Program-made: the position numbers and the translations under genes | The notes under the pieces: model-generated | Database searches by the model: none | Told to the model about the DNA's origin: nothing | Seen by the model: only the letters and a program-made list of their open reading frames with translations | Origin: Folioceros fuciformis | Taxonomy: Eukaryota | Assembly: GCA_049999805.1 (NCBI GenBank) | Contig: JBNGIO010006274.1 | Coordinates: 205,818 to 269,817, forward strand | Length of the DNA: 64,000 nt | Direction of reading: 5' to 3' | Shown here: one piece after another, positions 36,933-48,998 of the stretch | Layout of the letters: each line of letters begins with the position of its first letter | Position numbering within the stretch: the stretch's first letter is position 1

Positions 36933-39609
36933 ATGGCGGTGCTCAAGCAGAAGATGATTGTGGTGGATGTGACGAGTAGAGACATTCCTCGACACACCCT
37001 GCCCGTTTCCATTTCCATATCCACTTCCTCTTCCCGCTCCACCGAGCTTGCTGTACCGGTGATTCAATTCAGCAGTTTTGTTCCCTGTGCCGAAATCGCC
37101 AGCAACAGGAGAAATTCAGGCAGAAAGGGAGACGCTGCCGGAGGCTACCAGAAGAAAAGGATAACGGAGAGCTTCGGCACATTTGTTCCACATTCTCCAG
37201 CTCCTTCTCAGAATTCGCTCCAAGACATGCCTGTGACAGCAGCATCCAGCAATGGCTGGGGTCGGCAAGGAGGCGCTGCCGATAACTCTCCACCTGATAT
37301 CGATAAGGGCAAATTCTCGGATATTGTCGCGGGGCAAGCCAGGGACGTGAGCAGGATCAGCTTTGAGGGGACTCCGTATGACGCCGCCCTCGACACAGCT
37401 GCAGGTAAGAGCAGGAACAGCTACGAGGGAGCTGAGGTCCTGGACAAGGACCGGGAGCGCACCAAAATTGCAGCCGACTCCAACTTCCTTGACCCCGAGA
37501 ATCAATGGCAGAATGTCTTCCCATCATACATGCAGAGCAAAGGCGATGAATCCGATGATTTGAACCTTTCGTCCTCGCACTTCGCGCAAGCCAACGGTGC
37601 GGTCGTGAATGGAGTGGTGGCCAAAAAGGCAGCCGCGGCAGCTACCGCTTCGGCCAAGGCTCTGGAATCTCATGTCACAACGGCTCCTCCCCTTTCCGCG
37701 CCTCCCTGCTCCGCAGCGAAACCTCCAACTGAGGGAGGCAAGAATCTTTCGGACCTCATCTCTCACGACCCTATCTGGGCTGCAATTAGAGCTGAAGCTC
37801 GGCTGGAGGTGAGTGTCACTTTTTCTGTCTGTCATCACCACCTCCAGCGCTTTCGTTTTGTTGCCTACACTACTTAGAGTGTTGACATCCTTGTAGGCAG
37901 AACGGGAGCCTTTACTCAGCAGCTTTTTGTATGCAAGCATCCTAGCTCACCCGTGCTTCGAGCGCTCTTTGGGTTTTATTCTCGCCAACCGACTGAAAAA
38001 TGCAACTCTGCTTGCAACACAACTCATGGATGTGTTTGACGACGTGTTTGGCTGCGACCTGCATGTCCAGCAGGCTATTCGTTTGGATGTACAGGTGCTT
38101 CTTACTCTTCTTTGTCACTTCATTTGTCTCTCATGCTTGTTCTGGCAATCATTGCATCTCGGGTAGAAACCTAAAGGATGGATGAAGGGAAATGCACATC
38201 ACAAAGCTCAATATAACTTGGGAATCTCTATTCTTTTTCTCTCCAATTTGGTGTTGCCAGGCTTTGAAGGACCGTGATCCTTCTTGCAGGTCATACAGTT
38301 CAGCTGTCCTCTACCTGAAAGTAAGGCTACGCCCACCCAAAGCCAAGTTGTTTGGATGTGCTTAGTTTCCTCAAAACACAGGGGCTCAAGCGACCGACCT
38401 CTAAGTGTTGGACTTCTTTTCTGGCATCTTTGTGATGTTCTAGAACTCAGGGCCAGGGTAATTTCCACATGTCTTTTCGCAGGGTTATCATGCTTTGCAG
38501 GCTTATCGGATAGCTCATGTCCTGTGGAATCGTGGCCAGCAAGTATTTGCTCTTGCATTGCAAAGCCGAATCAGTGAGGTGACGATCTTCTCACAACTGT
38601 ATCGTATGAAAAAGAACTATTTCTAGGGAGGCTTATAGATCGATCCCTTTGTGCAGGTGTTTGCTGTGGACATCCACCCAGGTATGAGAATGATTTGCAT
38701 ATGAAGACACAGGTTCCTCCACAATGGAGATGTGTATCTGCTACTTCTATCTGACCAGATGGAAGTCTAAATTGTTTGTGGGACGTACTTGGCTTCAGCT
38801 GCACGTATTGGCAAGTCCATCCTCTTAGACCATGGAACCGGCGTGGTGATTGGAGAGACAGCCGTGATCGGTGATAGAGTGTCGCTAATGCAGGTAGGCG
38901 TTTCTGCCTCCATGTCCTGGAGGCACAGAACACGTGGGCACCTGAGTGTATGAAAAGAATGCCTTCCTTTCTTTCCGTGTTCGGAAGGCAACCCTCGGGA
39001 AGAGTACCTGCTTTTCGATTTTATGGCGGCTGTAGTCATCCACAGCTCCTGCACTCTAAATTGTTGGCTGGTCTTTCAGGGTGTGACATTGGGAGGAACT
39101 GGGAAGGATTCTGGCGACAGGCACCCTAAGATAAAGGAAGGAGTTTTAATTGGAGTTGGCGCGACCATTCTGGGCAACATAGTAGTTGGGAAGGGTGCAA
39201 TGATAGCAGCAGGGTCGCTTGTTTTGAAAGATGTGCCCCCTCACGGGTTCGGTTTCTGAATGACCTTGAACTGACCTCTTTTCCCATGTGAAGGTGATTA
39301 TATCGCCACTGTTCTAATTGGATGGCACGCTGGCGTTGCAGCATGGTGGCTGGCACTCCTGCGAAGCTAATAGGGATTCTGGAGGAACCGACGCCAGCGT
39401 TGACTATGCAACATGGTATCCCGGTTGACTTTTGCCACCCTTCACCACTTGACATAAGTCTGAACGTCTTGCATAATCGTCTGTTCTCTCAACTGTTTGC
39501 ATCGTCTCCACCTGCAGATGTCACCCGGGATTTCTGTGCAGACCTCGAAGCAGCTGTTAGGAGGCAACTAGCAGGGGAACACGAATTGTACGGAGGAGCT
39601 GGCATCTAG
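36933..39609 (+). CDS. SERAT: Serine O-acetyltransferase (intron-rich SERAT3-like) with long N-terminal extension
   Basis: DPIWAAIRAEARLEAEREPLLSSFLYASILAH, RDPSC, KGYHALQAYRIAH, VFAVDIHPAARIG, DHGTGVVIGETAVIGD, VTLGGTGKDSGDRHPKI (hexapeptide repeats). Ends ...ELYGGAGI*. Confidence 0.95.
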
Positions 39610-41380
39610 GTGTATATGATTATTGCACTTCGATACTTACCTGTGATTGGTAGCTGTACAAGTAGTTAGCTTTAACGGGCTCAAAGGTTGGGTTGTGTAG
39701 CTCGTAAATTACGAGCATTGGTGGTGTTGGTCAGACGTCGGGAAATAATATCTAGCCCGGGTGTAAAGCCCTTGTTTTCTTAGATTTTCCAAAACACTTT
39801 ATACTTCAGTGAACTGTCTAGCAAACGTATTTTCTTTCTTATACTTGGGTGTTTCTATTATGTTTTTATTAAAAAGGATATTTTATTTTTATACGAAAAA
39901 CAAAATAAATAAATAAACTGAAAAGTAGAAGTAGGAAGATGTTAACATTAGCTGTAATATGTTCATAGCTTGTACAACATCTAAGATTTTCTTGTTTGTC
40001 CAAAGTTTTAGTGTATTGTTGACAAGATTAAATTCTTTTATGTTCTTGTATGTGAAGTCTTCTAACAGCTTATATATGAAGTGTCATAACAGCTTGTATG
40101 TGAAGGGTTATAGTAGTTTTATGATGTTCGATGTGTAAATTCTATGAAAGATTCCATTGATTTGATTAGGAACACTAAACCGATTTATTAAACTAGTGTA
40201 TTGATGTATTGACCTAATACTATTTTCACACTCTTTGTGGCCACTAAAGCCATGATGTTGTGATGCAACATTTACTTCTCCTATGGTCTTGTGCACATTG
40301 ATTATATAATAAAAATGTCTGAAGGGGTATTATTCCTATCAAGGTAATATGTCATATGAAATTAGAACAGATGAAGAAGACTATTAGAACTACACTCTAT
40401 GGCATTTTTAATCTTAGACTATCATGATCTTGTGCTTCAATTAAATCCCAACAAATTGCACTAAAATTATGTTTGTCCATTGAGCTAGACTTGTCCATAT
40501 TGCTTATAAAATTTACCCCAAATATCTTGGTCTAGGCATTGTATGGAATCCATTGATACTTTTCTCAAAAAGATATGCCTTCCACTTCCTCCATCTTTGT
40601 GCGGTGTATTCTCAACTTTCTCATTATTTGAAACACCAAAACTCTCTCTTCTCTCTAAGCCTTTCTGATCTACTTGATTGCTTTAACAACCCTCCATTGG
40701 AAAGATTTGATAATAGGTGACATTGAGTTGAACACCGTGAAAATGAGAAATAAAACAAGAATAATCTTGTAAATATAGGTCTTTAAAACTTGTGGTGTCT
40801 TCCTACATATAGACTCGCTAAGTGCAAAGCCTTGCTATATGTTTTCAATATTGCTGAAAGATCCACGATATTATTAAATTAAACATGAATCTTACTAATC
40901 TAAATTTTATTATTATTATTATTAAAATACAATCAAAATCTAAGATATACGTGCCTTTCAATAAAGAGATCATTTCCTTTAATATTATTCTTAATTCATA
41001 TTGCCGCGATCTGGTTTTAACATATACCCTTTCTGTTCAAAGTTAGGGGGCCACCTTGTCAATAGGTGTTTAGGGTTTGGTGGCCAAGGGGCCAAGTCCC
41101 CCAAATTGTAAAGAGGTGCTTTCCCGAGATTGGTGAACGTGCCGTACCGAATAATGTACAAAACGAATTGTCCTTTCTTTATGCGAGTCGGCGATTATTC
41201 TCATCTACACATTTCGCATATTGTCGCTTTTAAATAAAGATACAACCTGCAAAATCAGAAATGTTCGACGATCTGTTTCTACTCTATATTGCATAACATG
41301 GCAATTCGGTGCACTACTGCTGCCCAAACTCGTTCCTCTCACATCAGCACCGGACCTACAGGGCCTGACTGAGTGACGCT

Positions 41381-44300
41381 TCATAACGACGCCTGGAGTG
41401 GGGAACTCCGTTCCTGGGCTGCAATCGCCGAGTACATGTCTGCTATTGCCTTCTCAAAGTAGACCTTAGCCTGCGGCCTTTTGACCTGAAGATAACAACC
41501 CACCCCATGACTCAAACCATACACCGTTCTTAGGGCAATGAAGTTATAATCCGAAACACCGACGTTGTTACCTTTAAAGTAGGAGTAAGAAGCCCGTTCT
41601 CAATCGTGAATGGTTCATGTACCAGATGGATGGCCCTCGCAAACTCAAAACCCCGAAGCTGTACACAGTAAGAGCAAAGCTTCATCACAAACTGCACCAA
41701 TACGATGGACCGAATCGAAGCCAGGTGGCAAAAGAAGAATTGTCCAACTTACTTTGCTTTGCTGACCAACCCTGGTCATATCTGCCAGCACGGCAGAATT
41801 CACAACTGGATCGGAACATAACTTTCCCAGATCAGCAGCATGCTGCAGAGAAAAGCAGCTTGTAAGATAGTCGATGATATTGGACGTACAAGCAGTAAGG
41901 AGCAAAACCTGGTCTTATAATGGAGTCTAACTTGCCTTGATGCCTCTCGCTTTCGCCCACGGTACCAACGTTTCAGGATCGACTACTACCACTGCAACTA
42001 GGTTTGAGTTGAAGCTATCGCCTGCAAGCAAGTAGAGAAACCTCAGAGCATCTACTTCTGCTGCACTGAAGTCAAAACTGGCAGCATTCTGAGACATGAT
42101 ACCAACCATAAATGAAGCATTGGGAGATAAATTCACTTTGAGCATAAACGTTTTCAATTTTCTCCGGAGCAATATATTCTCCTTGTGCAAGCTTGAAGAT
42201 ATTTTTCTTTCTGCAATTAGCTTGCGTAAGTTCGGACATGTACCCTCAAGGAAAAGATCCTCACATCCGATAGAAGTATTACCTGTCAATAATCCTCAGT
42301 CTCCCACCGGGTAGCCACATACCAATATCACCAGTGTGTAACCAGTCTTCCTCATCAATCATCTCCCTCCTGGACCCAGAAAGAAAGGTGATTAGATGCT
42401 AAACTCAAACTCAGAATATCACGCTTAGTCTTTTTCTACTTTGAACGCACTCACGTCTGTTGTTCGTCCTTGTAGTAGCCCTTGAAAATTATAGGACCTC
42501 GTACACAGATCTCCCCTCTGGGATAGGGTTTATCGTCCATGGTGTAGTTCATCTCAGGGACATCTGCTAGTTTCAGCTCTGGAAAAAACATAAAATGTGT
42601 GAGTTCAAACGAAGCATGCATGTAAAAGCAAAAGGTGGGCACCCATATACCACACAAAGGAATTTACTGATCCCAGCGACAAACGGAATATGGTCCAACT
42701 TGTCAATATCACCCTACCACAGGCTGGATTTGGTGACCCCACATGACCAGGCTCAGTATCTTTGTCATCTTGTGAAGTTATAACGCATGATGTCTCTGTC
42801 ATCCCATAACCCTCGGTAACTCTTCCACCAAAGCATCTGGAAACGTAGCCCTATGACGATTTTAGTTGCCACATGATCACTCCTACAATCTTAATGCCAA
42901 GGGTTGAGACAAATGCAGCCTGATGATCTCTAGACATAATTCATTCCGGTCAAGACATAACACTGTAAACTTATTCAACTGATGCTGTTCAAGGCAGTTC
43001 TCGAGGGATAAAGAAAAGCACAAAACATGGTTAGAAGCTACTCACACCCTCAGAAACTCCAACACCTCCGAGGATATTGGTGAGGCACCCGAAAGGATAA
43101 TTCTGACACGCCCACCCAACCGTGCTTTAATCTTATTAAAGACCAGACGATCCCAGATCGGAGATGGCGTATTTCCTACAAGTACGAGACATGACCTTCG
43201 GTGAGAAACTCTCATCTACTCATGAAAGAAAATCTAAACACAGAACATGCAGTAGAACTGCTTTCCAAATCAGAGTACCTCTCCTTAAAGCCTCCCTTTT
43301 TGAGTTGTAGGCAACTCTGAATAATCTCTCTCTAAGACCGCCAGAGCTCTTGACAGTTGCATTGATCCTGAGAAGTGACGGATACTAGTGAGCACTCATA
43401 CACGTCAATATCTTATCCAGAACGTATTTACACATGACAACCCGCACAAATAAATGGCAACAGGAACTTGAGATTGATGCCCATATAGAACACGAACTGT
43501 ACCTGTCATAAATCCTATTGTAAAGTCGTGGTACACTGGCGAAGATGGTTGGCCGCAGGACTTCCATGTCATCCATCAACTTCAACACATCCTTCATTGG
43601 CCAGCGTTTCTCATACAAGGTGAGTGCCTTGCAACAGCGAAATGGACGGGGGCCAAAGCAGGAAGCTTGCATGCATCTCACTCACCCCTTGATAGAATCC
43701 GACTGCTGCTCCAACGTGCGTCATAAATATGATATTTGCCCTTTCGTAAATATGGGCAAGTGGCAGATAAGAAATGTGTCTGCACAATCAAGCACGTCTA
43801 GTCATTAGGTACTAGCAGTGCCACCTGCAGTGGCAGCATCTGCGTTCACAGTTCCTTGCAGCAATAGAAAAAATGCTTATTTCATAAGGGATTCACCAAT
43901 TGGACTCACATATCTGAACTGTCAAGCTGTAAGCACAAACTAGTGCCAGCTACATTTGCAATCAGCCCGTGATGTGTTAGCATTGCACCCTGCAGGGTTA
44001 AATGTGAAGGTTGTCGTTACCAGGGAAGATATTCCTGAACGTTAGCAACATCAGGTCTGGCAAATGATGACTTTGTCAACAGAACAACAAGGCACACCTT
44101 TGGAGTGCCGGTTGTGCCGCTTGTGTAGCAAAGAGTTGCAACATCCTCAGGTTGTGGTGGGGAGAACGGGGAAGGATCATTTTTCCCCTGTACCGCCAAT
44201 AGTAAGGAAAAAAGTGAGACAAGCTGAAAGCATGAATCGCACAACCAGCGGGGAAATCACTCGCAGTAAATCTAATATGCTCCTTCGAGCTATTCAGCTA

Positions 44301-46087
44301 AATGCAAGCACACAAGTATAATTCTGAGTATTCTGAGTATAAAATACCTGCGCCTCCAATTGCTGGTATGACAAAACGGTCACTCCAGACTTATCAGGCA
44401 GAGAGGGTAGTCGACTGTCCCCTCCTCCAACAACCTGAGCAATCCCGTCCGAGAGATTTGGTACGAGGAACGAGTTCATGGGGGAGTAGACAAAAAGCAA
44501 CAATAAGGGAGAGGACGTACAATAATGAGCCGAACTGAAGGCAAATCGGACAAACAGCTTAGAAGCTGCCAAGAACAAGGCACAGCTTTTGTGAAATCTG
44601 GTGCTTTCAATGAGTAGTAAACCGTGTCGTTAAACATCTTAGTTGAAAGAGGGCGTGGACTGGGGTCACTTCCCATGAACACAGGAATATCCACAAACAA
44701 TGCATGCTTTCACCTCGATCAGGATTTTTTGTGTAAAAGGAGAGGAAGAATATGGGCACACATTCTTACAATCTCAAGCTTGTCTGGGGTGCAAAACACA
44801 GTTGTTATGTCTGCGTGATTGATGATGTACGTCACAGAATCAGGACCTGTAACCAAATTAATAAGCTCAGTTCCTACTCGAGAAAACAGTGCAGATGTTT
44901 TAGCAAGGCACATCGGCAGGATACGAAGACCTTACCAAGCGTGTCATACAGAGGAACAGAGATGTAGGAATAAGATGCACAAGCCTGATCCACAATTATC
45001 CACTCCGGCCGGTTGATAAAGTACAATCCAATGCAGGATCCCTGCAAATACCCATCCGCCAACAAAAAGATGATATGCGATCAGAGAACGAACAGAAGGG
45101 TCGACAGCTTAGTTACAGTCTCCAAAAAAGGCAAACACTTGAGGATGGGTCGGCACCTTAGGTACTGCATTCAACACAAGCCCAGAACCCACTGCAGTCC
45201 GGGCAGCACCTGCCTCACCATATGTTGTCCATCTGTACCTGCAGTACAAGAACAGACAGGATGAAAATCTTGTGCTCCGCTTCAATTACATTTCCTCAAC
45301 AGCCGTGCATGGCACCAGAGGATCGGAGGCAGACAGCTGACTTACTCGCCAATGGTACCATCGTCTTGAATCCTCGTCCCCAAATATTTGAGATCTACAT
45401 AAGCTTTGGTTGCATAACTGCAGAGAAAGGCGTAGTCAAGCACCCCGTCGTGCATCTTGTAAACAGTACAAGCAGCAGGGATCATCAATTATGGCAGCAG
45501 TTACACCTCCAGGGACCAGGCCTTACACGAAATTGTCATGGATTGTGCGTATCCAAGGTTGGTCCGCAAAATGCTCCACCAACTTCAAAGGTGACCTCGC
45601 TGACCTACCAACAGAAGGTAGATGAGACCCACAGAGCTGGTGCAGCAAGAACCAGCGGCGGTAAAGAAGCTCGAGGTACCTGTGCACATTCCATTTTCCA
45701 GTACGCAACTTCTCCGGCAGAACCACGCTGTAGCCTTGCTCTGCATGCGCGAAGGCGGGAAAGAGTGAATTCAGCAGTGAAGACCAGTGCCCCAATGCAA
45801 CGTGAGGGGCGCTGCGAGCAAGAGGTTGAGCATTATACGTTGATAGTGCTCCCCAGCTGTCACAAGCATCCCAAGCTGCCCATCTTCACCTGAAACAGAG
45901 CAAGCCAGCAGTTTTCGTATCGGCGTTCGATGACGAGAAGCAGGACAACTGGGCAGGCAGGTATGCAAATTGGAAAGTTGTGGTGGCTGCGCTAGACAGT
46001 ACCAGCAGACGAGAGAGGGCGAAGGTGGGCATTGAGGGTGCTGAGGCGGCGCAGAGCCTGCGAATTGGAGGGGCTATGTCCTTCCAT
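41381..46087 (-). CDS. LACS7: Peroxisomal long-chain acyl-CoA synthetase LACS6/7-like, multi-exon
   Basis: N-terminal RLSTLNAHL (PTS2), [98 protein letters not shown]. Confidence 0.95.
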
Positions 46088-46577
46088 TTGCAAACCGGCG
46101 GTGGCAGCTGATCCTGCGTAGATGGAGCTGCTGCAGATGTGTGAAGGCACCGCCCGCCACAGATACTCGTCTCGCGTCGGGCTGGCGGTGACAGGTCGCG
46201 TCACCGTCGCCAACGAGTTCCCGTGCCGTGATTATAAATAACTTCCTCCTTGACAAGCACGCCAACTTCGGATTTGGTTGGCAGTGCAGGATAATCAGCC
46301 CCAGAGAATCGGGCGGATAGAATACGGTCCATTTGGGTAAGTTCCATACACATCCGTACAGTTGTAGATGGCATGTTCCTAGATCCCCTCTCTCGAGCAT
46401 GAGCACGAGGTTACCTTCGACCGCAGCCTGCGCATCGAGGCGGATCCCATTGATTCAAGAGTGTACAGAGGCCGGGTGGCCTTGGCGCAGCGTAGGCACG
46501 CTCTTCCTGTAGCAAAATGGTGGTGGAAGCAAAAGCGATGAAGAAGAGAGCTATGTAACAGCCTAGGGTTTGCTTGG

Positions 46578-48998
46578 TCAGGAGAGCAGAGGCAGGTCCA
46601 GATCCACGACCTCGCTGGATCTGGACGTAAAGGCGGCGAGAGGCAAGCTGGGAGGAGAGGGCGAGAATTCGAAGGGCAGGGCGGGCAAATCGGCCTGGCC
46701 GAGCAGGATCTTGACCACGTCAGGCATGGTGGGGCGCAACGCAGGTATTCTCTGTAGGCAGAGCAGGGCTAGCATGATGCACAGAGTGGCCTGGTCCTTG
46801 GAGAAGCGGCCCTGGAAATTGGCGTCCACTAGATCCAGCACATTCCCGGCCTGCGCCAAGTGCCTGGCCCAGGAGATGAGGTTGGCCCGCTCCAGCTCCG
46901 CGATAGGGGACGCCATCACCTGCAGCGGCCTTCGTCCAGAGATGATGACGAGCATAAGCACGCCGAAGCTGTAGACATCGCTCTTCTCCGACAACACGCC
47001 CCCGCCACCGTACTCGGGGGCAACGTAGCAGATGGTGCCGCGCATGCTCGGAGTGCTACTCACTCCTCTGCTCAGATCCCCGGAAAAGTAATCCCGGCTG
47101 CGCGTGCGAGCGCGGGTTCTCGTCCTCCGGCTGCTGTTGTTGCTTCTGAGCTCCGCACTGTAGGACACCTCGCTGCTGGCGTCGTCCCGATCCTTGTCCC
47201 GGTCCCGGCTGCCCCCTCGCTTCCTACTGCTTTTCTTTTCTTTCTCCTTCCCGGCGCCGTGCTCCGCGGCTGTGAAGTCCTCCTTGTTCCACCACTCCCT
47301 TGGAACCCTGCCACCCGCCTTGCCTTTGGCGCCGTCCCCACCGCCGCTGCTCCGAAGTTGGCCGCTGTACTCATCCTTCCACCACTCCCGCCTGTGCTTT
47401 CTCGCCTTCCCCTTATCTCTGCTGGTCCTGTCCTTGTCCTTGCCCTTGCTGCTCCCTTCCAGATGCTCGTCCTTCCACCATTCTCTTCCCTCTCGCCTCC
47501 CGACTTCCTTCCGCTTCAGCGGTTCTTGGATCAGCTCCCCACTGAGATCCACCCAGCCGTCCGAGCTCCTGGACCCATCCCTGCGCCGATCCTTATCCAG
47601 TCCCTTCCCAAAGTCGTGCGAGTTGAGATCCACGCTGTTGTCATCCATCCAGGCCCCACCCGCCTCCCTGGCTCCGCGTGCGGCCCGCCTGGCGGACTCA
47701 TTGCTCCTCCACTCCAAGATGTAGTCCCGGATGCTGAGCTCGCCGCTGCTAGGCACGCCCTCACTCTTCACCTCAACCCTCGCCCGCCTGGACGGCAAGG
47801 TCTCGTCCTCCCCCCTGCCGTCCTCCGTGCTGAAGTCCACCGTCTCGGTGTCCGCCTCGGTGCGAGTGTCCCCTGCTTCCCCTTCCAGCTGCAAGTAGCG
47901 CGTAAGAGGGGAGTCTGCCACTGGAGTGGCAACGCTGGCGGGAGTGCCCTCCGCCTGCTGCTGCTGCTGCATTGCCGCTGCTAAACCTATTGCTGCTGCT
48001 NNNNNNNNNNNNNNNNNNNNNNNNNNNNNNNNNNNNNNNNNNNNNNNNNNNNNNNNNNNNNNNNNNNNNNNNNNNNNNNNNNNNNNNNNNNNNNNNNNNN
48101 CCTCCCGCTTGCGCAGCCGCCGCACTTTCTCCCTGGCAGCCCTCTCGTAGCGCATCCTCTCTTTCTCCAAGGCCTCCCGCTGCAGCTCCTGGCTCTCAGC
48201 GTCCGGCACGGCGGGCTCCAGCTTGAGGCGGGCCAGCCCAAAATCCGCAATGCGGGCAGAGAAGTCGGCGTCGAGCAGAATGTTGGAGGGTTTGACGTCG
48301 CCATGGATGATAGGCGGGTCACACTGGAAATGCAAAAAGGCGAGGCCTTGCGCGGTGTCGAGGATAACCTTGAAGCGAGTCTCCCAGGCGAGCGTGACCG
48401 GGTAGTCGTCGTCGAACAGTGCCTCCTGCAGGCTGCGATTCGGCATGAAGTCGTAGACGAGGAGGCGTCTGTTGCCATCGACGCAAAAGCCGAGCAGCGT
48501 CACAATGTGCGGGGAGGCGACGCGGCCGATGACAGACACCTCGTTCTGGAACTCACGTTCCCCCTGCAGCGACGAGGCGTCCAACTTCTTCACGGCCACA
48601 GCCTGGCCATGACGCAGCTGGCCGCGGTACACAGTCCCGAATCCGCCCTGCCCCAAGCGTTGGGCCTCGTTGAAGCCTGCCGTGGCCGTCTTCAATTGCC
48701 GATACGAGAAGCGCCTGAGCTGCTTGAGCCCGGCCAAATCATAAGGATTGGTCTTGCTCGTCTTGAGGCGTTGGTAGACGAGCAGCAGCAGAAGCAGCAG
48801 CAGCAGCAGCGCAGCCGCGCCTCCGGCGATGCCCGCGCCCACCACCACCCTGCTGCTGCTGCTACCGCTGCTGGACGCGGAAGAAAGCCCGGCATCGCCA
48901 CTCCCCAGCTGGCGCTGCCGCGAGGGCATGGTGCGTGCTGCACCCCCCTCCCCCCTCGCTGCTGCTCTCTTGATCTTCCTTCCTCTGCCGCTATGCAC
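46578..48998 (-). CDS. Receptor-like Ser/Thr kinase, RLCK-XI / At4g25390-At2g45590-like; intronless, large insert in kinase domain
   Basis: N-terminal TM segment, GQGGFG, VAVK, IIHGDVKPSN, ADFGLARLK, a long charged insert, then SSTPSMRGTICYVAPEYGGGG and KSDVYSFG. The start may be Met at 48929. Spans a 100-N gap. Confidence 0.92.
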   Translation of the reverse strand: MHSGRGRKIKRAAARGEGGAARTMPSRQRQLGSGDAGLSSASSSGSSSSRVVVGAGIAGGAAALLLLLLLLLLVYQRLKTSKTNPYDLAGLKQLRRFSYRQLKTATAGFNEAQRLGQGGFGTVYRGQLRHGQAVAVKKLDASSLQGEREFQNEVSVIGRVASPHIVTLLGFCVDGNRRLLVYDFMPNRSLQEALFDDDYPVTLAWETRFKVILDTAQGLAFLHFQCDPPIIHGDVKPSNILLDADFSARIADFGLARLKLEPAVPDAESQELQREALEKERMRYERAAREKVRRLRKREXXXXXXXXXXXXXXXXXXXXXXXXXXXXXXXXXXAAAIGLAAAMQQQQQAEGTPASVATPVADSPLTRYLQLEGEAGDTRTEADTETVDFSTEDGRGEDETLPSRRARVEVKSEGVPSSGELSIRDYILEWRSNESARRAARGAREAGGAWMDDNSVDLNSHDFGKGLDKDRRRDGSRSSDGWVDLSGELIQEPLKRKEVGRREGREWWKDEHLEGSSKGKDKDRTSRDKGKARKHRREWWKDEYSGQLRSSGGGDGAKGKAGGRVPREWWNKEDFTAAEHGAGKEKEKKSSRKRGGSRDRDKDRDDASSEVSYSAELRSNNSSRRTRTRARTRSRDYFSGDLSRGVSSTPSMRGTICYVAPEYGGGGVLSEKSDVYSFGVLMLVIISGRRPLQVMASPIAELERANLISWARHLAQAGNVLDLVDANFQGRFSKDQATLCIMLALLCLQRIPALRPTMPDVVKILLGQADLPALPFEFSPSPPSLPLAAFTSRSSEVVDLDLPLLS

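Noticed and set aside
39416-39517. Possible U12-type intron in SERAT (GTATCCC donor)
   Set aside because: Donor deviates from RTATCCTT and there is no clear TTCCTTAAC branch point.
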